A stretch of 64,000 nt of DNA from Eutreptiella sp. 'Long Island Sound 2002' (taxonomy: Eukaryota; Protista; Euglenida): assembly GCA_964036045.1 (NCBI GenBank), contig OZ038379.1:44206001-44270000 (forward strand). The letters run 5' to 3'. Every line of letters starts with the position of its first letter. The first letter of the stretch is position 1. Of the stretch, positions 14,500-26,066 are shown one piece after another. The notes under the pieces were generated by a model that did no database searches, was not told the origin of the DNA, and was given only the letters and a program-made list of their open reading frames with translations. The position numbers were made by a program, and so were the translations under genes.

Positions 14500-15300
14500 A
14501 GGGAACCTCCACCTCCTCCCGAAGAAGCCTCTGCATGGTATTGGGGCCAATGACCGCCCACTCACTAACCTTGTTCTCCTGCGTAAGGTTGTGGGCCTGG
14601 TGGTGAAGGAGGAGGAACAGCCCTAGCTTCGGGAGCACGGCTTCCTGCCCCCCAACCAGCTTGCCTTGTGGCCAGGTACGTCCGTGTGGGACTTCCTCAG
14701 AGTACTACATGATTATTTTTGGCACCGGTGGCCCTCGGGGGGCGAGGCCTGGCCCATACTTGACGACGTCCGGCACGCCTTCGGTTTCCCGGACCACGTG
14801 ACTCGGGACTCGGTGCACCGGGTGGTGGGCTACGGTCCGGACTCGTGTCGCCTGCACCGTTCTCTGGTTGAGGACATGCGCCTCGACATGGGCGGCACGG
14901 ACGATGTCGACCACGCCGAGGGGTGGTTTGATGCGGGGTCTGGGCAGGGATGTCCTCTCTCCCCGTTGGACTACGCGCCCATGGGGGAGGTACGGGCGAG
15001 GATGGTGTCCAAGGCCTACCCCGGAGTGCTCACCCCGGCCGGCCTACTGCACAGCTTGGCCTGGGCCGACGACACGGTCTGGTTGCGGGGCTCCTCGGAG
15101 GACGCGTCTGCCATCGCTAGGGCCCTCCCCGCCGTGGAGGACGCCGTGGCCTTGGGGTCCGACGTGTCTAAGATGCACGTGCCGCGGACCTGGTTGGAGG
15201 AGCAGCGCGTACGGTAGGGGGTGCCTTCGATCTAGATGAATGGGGTCCGGTTACCAGTACCGTCGGAGCCGGAGTACATCCGCTCCCTAGGGCGGGACGC
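14500..15300 (+). pseudogene. Non-LTR reverse transcriptase domain
   Basis: Motifs LLPKKP..NDRPLT, LDDVRHAF, GQGCPLSP, WADD (15062-15073), SDVSKM and YIRSLG. The frame is interrupted by stops and frameshifts. Confidence 0.9.
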
Positions 15301-16029
15301 CCTCCCACGTACCTACCACAAGGAGGACTTTTGGAAACTTATGACGGCGGCACGCTGTGCGTCCGCGGTGATCCCCATCAAGTCCTTACGGTCGCAGTAC
15401 CCCCCCGCCATGTATAACCCAAAGGCTGGTGGCATGGCTCGGTTTCAAGCCGGGGTTCGGACCCCCCCTGTCAGGGTGTGGCATCTCGCGGACCTCCCCG
15501 CCGCTTCTGCCCTGCGGGCGGTCGTGGGGGAGAACCTACCGGCGCACCGCCTGCTCGGGCCAGTGCAGGCGGGTCTCTCGGGCATATTGCCCATGGGGCC
15601 CGACGTGTTGACAACATTCGTGCTCAGCTACGCCCGCCAGTTGAACCACCCCAACCCCCTCACCCGTGCCACCGCCACATGTGCGCCCTCGGGCGGTTTA
15701 CCCCGGAAATGCCGTGTGTACTCAGGGGTTGACGGACTGCGACTACCACCCCACGGACCACGATCGTTTCCTTCGGTATACTTGGCTCATGGAAATCCGG
15801 GTTTGGGCTGTCCCGGAGAGCCATTCCGTGGAGGTATCCAAACACCCCGTGGGTACGGCGAGCACCGCCAGCGAGGCAGGTGATGCCCATGCGGTCCTGG
15901 CGGCCGGCTACAGGGACTGGTCTAGCACCCGAAGGGCGCGGTGGCCATCGCGCTTTTGCGGGCCGGAAACTCTCCCCCTGTGGCCCCGGCACGTGCGGTG
16001 GGCCCGGGAGCTACACCCTGAGGGAATTA

Positions 16030-16550
16030 CCCTGCGGGACATACCGGACGAGGTGGTTTTCGTACAGGACGCCGCTTGGTACCCCAAACACACGGCCGGT
16101 GGAGGTCTGGTGGTGGCGGATCCAGTGACAGGGTGGAACCAGACGTACCGGCTGCCCATCCCAATTCCCGTGGATGGGTCTTACCAGGCGGAGCTGTACG
16201 TGGGCTGGGAGGTGCTGCGGGCGCGCGGGGCCCACCGCGTGGTTTGGGGCACCCGGGGCCCACAGTGGTCCTTCTATGAAAGCAAAGGGTACATCGATGC
16301 CGTCCAGTCCCGGAACCCGGGGTCCTCTCCGCTCTCGGACGACCTAATACGGGCTTGCCGGGGGCTACTAGCCGAGGGGGTTTGTGCCCCACAGCACTTG
16401 TATTCTCACCGCGTCGGCACCTTTCTGGATTCCCTGTTGGATACGGCCGACGTGGAAGTAAAGAGGCAGGCCGCTAGGGCCCGGCCACAGGTGGGCTGGG
16501 TCCGGGGGCTCCAGACGTCCCGGGTCTGTTTCACCCACAATGACGTGTAG
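16030..16550 (+). pseudogene. RNase H-like domain of LINE ORF2
   Basis: VQDAA / YQAEL / FYESKGY / HLYSH / DTAD fits the D-E-D(E)-H-D spacing of RNase H, within ORF 15666..16550. Confidence 0.7.
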
Positions 16551-17678
16551 GTGCACAACCTGGACCACCTGGTCAAAACCGCGGCACGCCGCCTATGGGG
16601 TCTCCACATGGAAGCCCCGGAACAAGTGGTGCGCAAGTCCCTGGCGGTTTATCACGCCATCGCCATCACGGAGCGCGGCTTGGTTCAGTGGGGGGCCCAC
16701 CTCCGCACGATGGCGCGTCGTGAGGGATTGGGGCATGCCGGGGACGACCGCCCCTGCCCCGCTTGCCTCAAGGGGGTGGGGACACGTCATTGGGTCTCTA
16801 CTTGCCCGTGGCAGCACTTATTTCGGTTGGCCGTTCACACCCAACTGCACATGCGCTTGGACACTTTGTGTGCGCGTTGGAAGCGGCGCGCGGTATCCCC
16901 TTGGGGGGTCATAGTTCTGTATGGGCCGGATGCCTTTGCCCTCAGTGTGGGCTTGCCGGACGACGACCACCCCCATCCCGGGCCGGGGGTCCCTACTTTA
17001 TACCTGTATCCTTCCAGGGACTGGGAGCCCGAGGATCTGCAGTACCTGTATGACCGGGGGCTGGTGGTGGGTGCCGCACAGCGGTTGCTGGCCACCATCA
17101 TAAATTTTTGCGACGCTTTGGACCGTAAGCGGGAGATGCCCATCATCCCGGCGGCCCGGGAGGTCCACTACCGGGACACCTGGGGGCAAACGTGGGATCT
17201 GTCGGTCCGGGTCCCGGAGAGGTTTGACCCGACCGCCTACGAAAGTGGGGCCCGGCCGGCCATGGCAGGGGTCTGGCCCGGGGCGAGCCTGCTATGGCCC
17301 GTATGTGAGCGATGTGAGCTCTCCGCCATCATGCCCCCGGGGCACCAGCAGCCCCCGGACTGGGGCAGCTCTCAGCGTGTATTTTGCTACTCCGACCGTC
17401 CTCTGCCCAGGACCCTGGGCCGTTGGCCCGGTGCTGTCCGGGGGGCACATGTGGTTGTCATAGACGGGCCGGGGGGTCTCCCCGCACGGCGTTTGGTCTG
17501 GCTCATCGGCTACGGGCCGCCCCACCGCTACGTGGGGCTGTACGAGACGAGAGAACCCCATGACCGGCGGCTGGTATGTCGGTTGCGGGATATGCTGTTA
17601 GCCACGCTGCGCATGGCCGGGTACCAGCCGCGGGTCAGCTACCAGCTGTTGGGGCTTGCCCTTCGATCCCCTCGATAA
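16551..17678 (+). pseudogene. LINE ORF2 C-terminus: CCHC finger plus ~290-aa unknown extension
   Basis: This is in frame with the previous ORF across a single TAG. CPACLKGVGTRHWVSTC matches C-X2-C-X7-H-X4-C. Confidence 0.75.
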
Positions 17679-18190
17679 GCTCCGTGACATGTGCCGTACC
17701 AGGTACGTTTCCGTGGGCGGGGCCGGAGGGGTGTAGAGGATAGCTCCGCGCACGCACACCTTCGGTAGAAGTACCGTGCGCCGGGGGGGGCGAGGTCAGG
17801 CCACGGACCAAGCCCCCATGACCCGCCGGCCATACGCCGCCTAGTCGGTAGTCACTGGTGGGCTAAGGGCCCACACCCGTGAGACTGCGTCCCCCTTCCC
17901 GTGGGGGGGGGGTGGACCGTGCCGGAAGTGGAGCCGGCGCTCCGCCTCGCCCCCCAATCCGTGCCCCTGGGGGGATCCAGCAACGTGTAGGGCGGGAGTG
18001 CATGCGTGTTGTGCGGGCCAGGGGACAATGGGAGGAGACGAAGAGGAGAGCCGCCGCCATGATGCTTTGCCGGACGGGTTGGGACGGGAACCCCCCTCTC
18101 AGTCGCGGCCAGACCGATGAGGGCTGGCGGGCACCATGGGGATGTGCCGCGGGTGCGCCCTACCGGGGGACTACATCTCCTCCTCCTCCT

Positions 18191-18725
18191 CATGGGTGGC
18201 TATGGTGTGTGTGTGTGTGTGTGTGTGTGTGTCTGTTTGTGTGTGTGTGTGTGGGTTGGAGGTTGGGTTTGTGTGTGTGTGTATGTGAGTCTGTGCGTGG
18301 GTGTTGGTATTGTGCCGGTTGGATGTGTTGGTTGTTGGATTGTTGGGTGTGTGGATGCATGTGTATGTGTGTGTGTGCTGCCACAGGCTGCCCTTCGCTT
18401 GATGGAGGTCCCGGTGCATCCCGCACGATGCGTATCCATCTCTGCCCAATACCTGTGCTGCAGAAAGGCGCCTATTGGCGTCCGACATGCTCTGTCTTGT
18501 TTGACGATCCAACTGACGAGGATTTCGACACTCGGAACCTGAGTTGTGCCCGTTCGTCTTGCAATTGTGTGTGTGTTTGTGTATTTGTGTGTGTGCGAGC
18601 AGGCTGCTACGCGTGGCTCAAAGAATCCTCAAGCAACATGTAAATTGGTGCTGCAATACACAGTACATCCTCCCTCTCCCTGTCTCGGAATGGGGAGGGG
18701 CAGGAGCTAGTGACTCATGCCACCC
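18191..18725. repeat. Continuation of the satellite unit after the LINE
   Basis: The TG block is followed by GAGCAGGCTGCTACGCGTGGCTCAAAGAATCCTC...CTAGTGACTCATGCC, matching 1095-1225, 2998-3125 and 5570-5700. Confidence 0.9.
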
Positions 18726-18789
18726 CCCCCCCCCCCCCCAGCCCTGGTAGCAGTAGTGGCGGCGGTCCTCTCTTCTGCATCTTTGTCAG

Positions 18790-19833
18790 ATGCAAACATG
18801 TAATGGTGCACAGAAGTGTGCTTTCTGCACCAATATGGCAATGACCAAATGCATCAACGCGAATGAAGGGAATGGCTCAGGCCCCTCATTCTACAGCACA
18901 GGAGGCAGCCAGCCCTCGGGATGCAAATCTGTGGGCTGCAGTGCCCCTGGTCTATGTCCGCATGTGGAGAGTCCTGGAACGTTGCTCTTTTCATCCTGAG
19001 CCTCCTGGGCAGCCACCTGTCGTGGACGAATTTATGGCCCCAAAGCTTTTCCAGTGGCGTCTCCAAGAAGTTTGGTGTTCTGGCGTCCCAGGATCAACGC
19101 TGGGATCCAGAGTCGCCCGGCACCAGCAGAGTTTCTGCGCATCGGTGGGCATCTGCAATTAGTGAAGTTTGCAAAGCAGGAAGCCCGATGGCAGCAGTTG
19201 CGTCCTGTCTCATGCCCCCCCCCCCCCCCTGCACATGCACGGTAAGCATGGTGTGGGCGTTGAACCGCCGTTTTGAGGAAATTTTGAGACCACTGTTTTT
19301 GTGGTCCAGAATGGAGGATTGGGTGTTTGTAGAGCGCTTGTGCAGGGAAAGAGGGGCTCAGTCATGTCTGTGATGGTGCATTATGATCATTACAACATTG
19401 TACTACACATTGCCACCCCATGCTGTTTGTTCTGATGTGAAGCTCAGCCATGGCTAACAATGCTATTCCTGGCATGGCTGTCACGTACGTTCAGAGCACC
19501 GGGGAACATGCGTCTGCCACTATCATTGATCCCTCTCGGCATGGGGACAACTACATCCATTTGAACCTGATGCACGTGATGCCCCCGACAGTGAATCGGG
19601 ACAAGCAGAGTGTTTGGAGAGTTGCTTGTGCATTGTACCATGCTTCATGTAAGGTTCGAGGCCGGCGCGTGCTTTGCTGTCACATGTGTCGCGCGCATGC
19701 ACAGCCTTGTCTAAGCATGGGGTGGGCATTGAACCGCCGTTTTGACCTGATTTTTGGGACTGCGGCTGTGCTTGCGCAAGAGGGGGGGGGTTACACACCA
19801 TCTGTTCTGTCCTTTGATAGCAGGTGCACTTGA
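18790..19833 (+). pseudogene. Fragments of an unidentified decayed coding sequence
   Basis: Short protein-like stretches (CAFC..KC; YVQSTGEHASATIIDPSRHGDNYIHL) are separated by a repeated ~55-bp segment. No family was recognised. Confidence 0.25.
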
Positions 19834-21169
19834 AAGCACACCAAGGTCTGGCGCGTTTGGCAGATGCTTTCATCCCAGTTGGATCCTACACGCGTGCCTT
19901 GTGATTTGTTAACCTCGGACTCCTTGTGTATTGCCATGTTCCCTGTGCATGTCCTCTAACCTGAACACTGCCACCCACTTGCATGTCGCATCCTGTTCCA
20001 TGCCTGCATTCCTGTGGACACTCGATGTAGTACTGTCATATCTCACGTTTAGGTGGAAGCAAAAGCCACTTCTCTCTTCTCACCTGACCTCTGTCCCACT
20101 CACCCTTTCTGTTGTTCCGTACCTCCTGACCACACATGGATTGTACCTCACTGCATAGGCCATGCTGTGCCAACCTTAAATTAGCAGCATGAACAAGAGT
20201 GGCAAACCAAATTGTTGGACCGATGGTTTATCTCTGTCGTGGTATCTTTTTTCCAGGGGGGTTTCTTATCTTTTATTCCCATAACATTGTTCTCAACGAA
20301 GGAGTGCTGCACTGTGATGGTTGAGGTGCATTTCAGGGCTCTGACTTACTTGAGCAATGTTCTGCCCTTGTGCAGGGGCAGACATCCGCTGCATTTATTG
20401 TGGATGTGGGTGCCCTAGACACCCAGACTAAATCCAAAAATTTCAATTTTTGCCCAAAAATTAACATGCTAACCTGAAGTACAAGCTTTTTTGATGGGAC
20501 TAGGGGGTCAGTAGGGACAAATACTACCCCCATAGGTTGCCGTACAGGTTTTGGTGTCATTTTCCCCCAAGTGTTGGGGGGATTTATCAGCGTGAAGGTA
20601 TGGATTTATTAAAACAGTCCTGGGCTTTAATTTTTACTCTTAATTTTTGAATCTGCATTTCATGTGCTAAAAATTCACGAACTGCCAGTATTAATGTTGA
20701 CCTACTAAATATTAGGTGCGTTCTCCTCAAATTAACCCTCCCTACAAATGCACAAGAAGACATAAAATACTTTTTACTAATGTCTTTACAGTCGTGCATG
20801 ACCAACATGGCCAATCTTGTCCTACAGCCACAGTGGCAATGCCTCTTGGGGCCCCGTTTGGGGGTCCCACAATGGGGCACTCTGTTGTGTTGGGTCCGAG
20901 GGAGGGTTGGTTGGGTTGGGCTTGGTCCCAGTGGCGGGGGTTGGTCTTGGGCTCAGTCTAGGCTTGGGGTTTGGACTTGGGGACCTTCTTCCCCTTGAAG
21001 ATGCTCCCGGGCTGCCTCGGGGTCGGGAAAGAGGAGGCTCCGAGCTACCCCGTAAATGGGGTGGGGGCTGCCCGGGTATTCCACCCACACAGCAGCACTT
21101 TTGCGTGGGTGGACCTCCCGCAGGGTGCCTTGCTCTACCCCCCCAGGGTAGGGCATGTGGGTCACTTAC

Positions 21170-23430
21170 CCATGATGCGGTCTTCGGCGCTCTCCTCCTC
21201 TTTCTCTTTCTTGCCCCCCCCCCCTTTTTTCCGTGATATACATGTGCTGTTTTATGCGGATGACCTCTTGATCTACATCCCCCTCCCCCCGGCCCAGGTG
21301 ATACTGCTAGACAAAGTATTTGATGTGATCAATGTCTATGCCTGTAACGTAGGTCTGAAACTCAACCTAGACAAGTTAGCCTTCCTCCTCAAGGGGCATT
21401 GGCACTAGCGGTTGCGGGAGTGGTTGCGGCAGTTTGGGGTAGAGGTAAGCACCAGAGTCAAGGACCTGGGCATCCTCAATGGGCATGTGTCTTCGGAAGA
21501 AGCCTCAGCCCCGATATTGGCACGCGCAGCCACCAGGGCTGCTTTTATACGGCTACTCCCCCTAACATTTAGTGAGTGCATCGCTCTCTTCCAAGAGTGG
21601 GTCCTACTTTGCTTCGTCTTCTGGGCCAGAGCGTTCTTTCCAACCGACCACGTGGAGGCAGAACTGGCTGTGATCTAAAGAACAGCACTCAGGATAAGTT
21701 GCTGGGCCCTGAGCTTGCCTATCCTAGAGTCATCCCTATCCTTGGGGGAGGGAACAACCTGCCCCAGCCGCGCACATTTGTCTTCTGGCAGCATGCCAGC
21801 TGCTTTCTTGATGTCCAACAAAGAGCCACTGCCTGTCCCGCGGATCTCTAGAAGTCATTTCTAGCTCTAGGCGTCGACCTTTGGTGTTCCACCGGACCTA
21901 GTGCAACTCCAATCATTGCAACTAGGCCCAATCCCGTGGAAAACCATGCCTTTTTTGGGCACAACGTGCAAAGAATACTTGCTGCTACGAAAAGCGGCGC
22001 CGGTTGGCGTCCCAGCGGCGCATTTGGCACGCCGCCTACCCTTTTTGGCACTCCACCCTCTGCGAGGACACAAACTCCACCACATAATATTCTCCCAGCC
22101 CGATCAAAGCGGGCATTCATTCCATCCAACGGCTAATGGACATAGGGGTTCACCGAGAGTTCTTCGCCGCACCCGGGCGCCCGTTTAGAAGGATGTGGCC
22201 CAGAAACTTCTGCCCCCCCCCGCCTCTGGCGGGCCAAGCGACAAATTAGCCATTCATGGAAAACAGAGCAGCTTTCTGTGCAACCTGGAATAACAAGAAA
22301 ATGCTACGCTACTTGATGCAGCTCCGGCCAATCCCAGCCAGGCAATCACCAAAGACGTGGAAAGAATGGGCTAGGGTTCAACTGCCAGATGGCGACATAA
22401 AATTCATCCAGCAGGCAGTGTGGCGCAAACTGCCGGTGGGAACAAGGTTGACAGGGAGGCAACCCCGGGGTACGGCATGCCCCCTAGACACCCAGCAAGA
22501 GACATCATAGCACGCTCACTCCTTTGCCACTACTTACCGGAAGCATTTTGCTTAGCAACTTGGTGTATGGGGCCGCTTTGGGTAGAGAATGGCACCAAAG
22601 ATGATGAAAAGGAAATCTTGTCTTTACTGCCAGCTCTCTCTTTCTCCTCCTTTTTGGGTATAGTGATGTTGTCCGCGGTGCGCGCCGATTGGCGCATGCA
22701 ATGCTGACACAAGTTTCACCCGAGGCCCAGCCCTCCGCATTGGAACCGCCTTCTGCACTTTTGGATTAATGCCGTGGACCTTTGGATGGGCCACCCCACT
22801 ACTGTCCTAGGCTGAAGTCAAAATGCTGCTACATAGCGTACACCAGCTAGACGGCCTTGACTGCGTACTGGATCACCCAAGGACCACGCCACTAGCCTCA
22901 TGTCCCCCCATGCGACTCCGTTACACAACGCGCAAAAGGGCCCGAAAACAAGGCCATAAGGTGGCCCTACATGAATATATTGAGGAGCTAATTGTCCCGT
23001 ATGAGGTGCAGAATGGGGAGATCATCTACCTGAATGAGTTTTCTGAACTGCTCTCTGCAGTTGGGCGAGGGGTTGGACATGGCATGTTCTTCGGAGGCTC
23101 TAGAGATGTGGTGGAGCCCTTCGCTGTAACTCTCCAATAACGGAGACAAACTGCGTATGGCACAGCGTTCTCTGCAAGATAGCACGACGATAAACCATGG
23201 TCACAGTCCCTAACATGCCGTGATTCCACGTTTTTGGTGAAACAGGGGTTTGGGAGGGCACAAAAGTAGCGGTGCCACGGATTGCAGACCACGTTAGGCA
23301 CTGCCCGGCACATGGACGTGTGGACACAGGTCCCGGATGTCCTGGTGAAAATTGGCTGTGAAGTATAGTGGCTCCACGTCCCGGCCCACATAGGGATCCC
23401 CCGTAATGAAACGGCACACACCGTAGCACA
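21170..23430 (+). mobile_element. Second decayed LINE fragment: RT C-half, zinc-finger-like region, RNase H
   Basis: LFYADDLLIY, GLKLNLDK, VKDLGI and WRKLPVGTRL..CPLD..ET..H are followed by IIYLNEFS..GHGMFFG and WLHVPAHIGIPRNETA (RNase H C-terminal motif). There are many stops. Confidence 0.8.
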
Positions 23431-24818
23431 CAAAGAACGACGCCGGTGAGTCAAGCTGAGGGGGCATGTGCCGGCAAGGTTTGCAGTACCAAACAACGAG
23501 GAACCGCTCTATTTGGAAGTGTTGTACCAATATTCTCCGGAATCGCTCAAAGAACCTCCCCTTTCCCCAAGCTGCAGACACTGGAACACCACGAAGACCC
23601 GTTAGAAAGTACACCAAGGAGAACAGTCTGTATGGACGGGCCCATGGACGGAACCCTCCTGCGACCAAGGACCCGAGCGCAATTCGTACAAGGCATCGGG
23701 ATCTTGGCTCCCACCACCGGGCGGAAACACCATTGCATCTGGTTTCCCCTTCTTCCCCCGTACATGCTAGCCTCGTTGTGGAGATATGCACTGCATGCTC
23801 TCTTTTCCATGACCCGAGCATTGGAGCCCTTTTCAACGATGACGCACAGAGGGTGCCAAAATCTGCTGAGTTCTTAAGACTTGGTGCGCATGCGCTCACC
23901 CTCTGCTTTAGCACTTGGGACAAAACCGAACAACCATGCGTCTTCGAACATGACATCCACATATGAGTGCAGTACAAAAGGGTCTAGGCGGCTGACGCCT
24001 CACAGGCTATCGGAGCCCACTGAGGACGACAGCATTCCGCCGTGGAGCACGCCGGCCTCCGAGAGTACAAACCTTACCCTCTTACTTAGAGAGACATACA
24101 CGGCCCAACGGAGAGCACAATGGCGGAGGTTCGATTTCTAGTTCTCTCTGGACACACAACTTTCCAATAGGCGTCGTTAGAACTACTAGCCGGTACATCA
24201 ACACGTGCCACCACTAGTAGTGCCCGTGTATCGAGTGGAGGTTTCTTATATTTGTTTGGCGTATCCCCGACTAAAAGCAAACCGCGTTGCGGCGCCACAC
24301 ACGTGTAGCAAGGCGCGCCGCCAGGGGTACTCCAATGGACCAGAGGAGGTCTCCCTCGCACCACGAGAATAGAAATTGGGCTGGGACTAGCACGGCTGGC
24401 GCTAGTTGCGCTACAACTCAAGTAACGGCCTTCACGGTCTGCATTTGTGTATCCACTCCGTACAACATTTTTGAATGAGTACCCTTACTTTGTTGATTTT
24501 TTGCCCGTTTTGCCCGTGGTGCCTTGCGTTTGTGCCTGTTTGCGGTGCTTACTCCAGCCCAGAATCATAAAGATTCAAACAAAGTGAATTTTGGGTCGAA
24601 TCCGTCACAATGTAGCTTAAATTCACAAAAAAACGAAATTTGCGTTTCAATTGGCAACCTCCTGCGCAACTGTATTGGCATCTGTATGCGCATTCACATT
24701 TGCGCGAGCTTTGCGCGAACTTCCTGCGAACTTCGCGCCATTATCCTTTGAGTTGTGCATGAGCACATTGTTCTTGCTGTGTGCCTTTTGTTCAGACCTC
24801 ACCTTCGCTTTCTTTGTG

Positions 24819-25371
24819 AAAATGCCCACTCAACAGCAACATTCCCTTTCCCATATCGGGTCACTCTCACTTCCCGACCCGTCCGTTGGCACCCTTGGCC
24901 ACTACCAAGGCATCCCCCTTCGCCCCGGCACATTTGAGGAGGCCACGTACACGGAGTGCTTGGCAGTGGAGGAGGTGGGGTTGGCCACAGCCCCCAAAGT
25001 TGATTTATGTTGACATTCCCACAGCCGACAGGGCGGGATGGCTTGCGAAAGAAGGTTGGGCCACTCACCTTTTCCGGGATTGGCAGGTGGCCTTCCCGGG
25101 GTTGCGGGTTGTTCGGCTTATTGCCACCGGATCAACCGTTGACAGCCTTTTAGGAATCATGGCCACACACACCATGGACAACCCCAAGTCCGGCCTCTTC
25201 GCCATCCAGCCTACCATGAACGTCGTTCACTGCCCGAAGCAGATGGACATGATTGCCATCAATAAATACCTTCCTGCCGGTGAGCCGCAGGCTGACCACT
25301 CTAGCCTTCGGGGTCCGGAGAGCAAGGCCACACAGCAACCCGCACCACAAGGACGTCCATGCCGAAGGTAG
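24819..25371 (+). pseudogene. Frameshifted ORF of unknown type (possibly the 5' ORF of a retroelement)
   Basis: MPTQQQ..TAPK continues by a frameshift into LIYVDIPTAD..(24886..25371). The composition is protein-like but no motif is recognised, and it is truncated by the CA-rich tract. Confidence 0.25.
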
Positions 25372-25977
25372 CAGCACAACAAGACAGGATGCAGCTGAAC
25401 AAGGCACATCGCGCAGCAGCACCACACACCGCACACCCAACAGCGCAGCGCAACACCGTACCACAACACATCAAAGGAAAGAGCACAACACGTAGCAACG
25501 CGCCACGGCACCAGGCACCGCAAACCGCACAGAACGAACGAACAGCACGACGCAAGCGCACCAGCACAGCGCAGCGCAGCACCGCGCAGAGCGGGGATGA
25601 CAGGGAACACACAACATGACACCCCACGACACACAGGGCACAAAGCACAGCGGCGAACAACAGCGCGGCAAAGCCCACAAGGAAACACCACAAAACACAG
25701 CGCCGGAAGGCACAACAGCCCAAGGTGAAGGACAAAGCCCGAGGGCGCGACACAAGAGGCAGCGGCACCACACAGAACGAGACAAAACAACCCAGCGCAT
25801 GATAGCACAGCGCAGTGTTGAAGGACGCGAAGCAACACTGCGCAGCACAGCAACCAAGGACACAGCACAGCACACAGCGACGTAGACCAAGACTAGATGG
25901 CAAACCACAAGGCGAACAACGCAGCGGGATAACACGACCAAAGAGGCGGCACAACACACAGCAGGAACCAACAACAC
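25345..25977. repeat. CA/GCACA-rich low-complexity, T-depleted tract
   Basis: Visible runs of GCACA/ACAGC/CAACA with very few T. Confidence 0.85.
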
Positions 25978-26066
25978 GAGTAAGAAAAAGTCAGTACCAT
26001 ATCTGCGTTGGGGGACTTGATCCAGGCCAAGCCCCCCTTGAAACCCTTTTGTTGATGTTGAGACTA

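Larger units (their letters stand above)
11567..18190 (+). mobile_element. Decayed, 5'-truncated non-LTR retrotransposon (LINE) with APE, RT, RNase H and CCHC domains and a (CTC)n 3' tail
   Basis: The satellite breaks after GGGAAGGGGGCCC at 11566 and resumes as (C)ATGGGTGGCTATGGTGTG at ~18191. The other units read GGGGGCCC-AATTGGTGGCTAT. Domain motifs are listed below and the tail CTCCTCCTCCTCCTC lies at 18177-18191. Confidence 0.9.
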
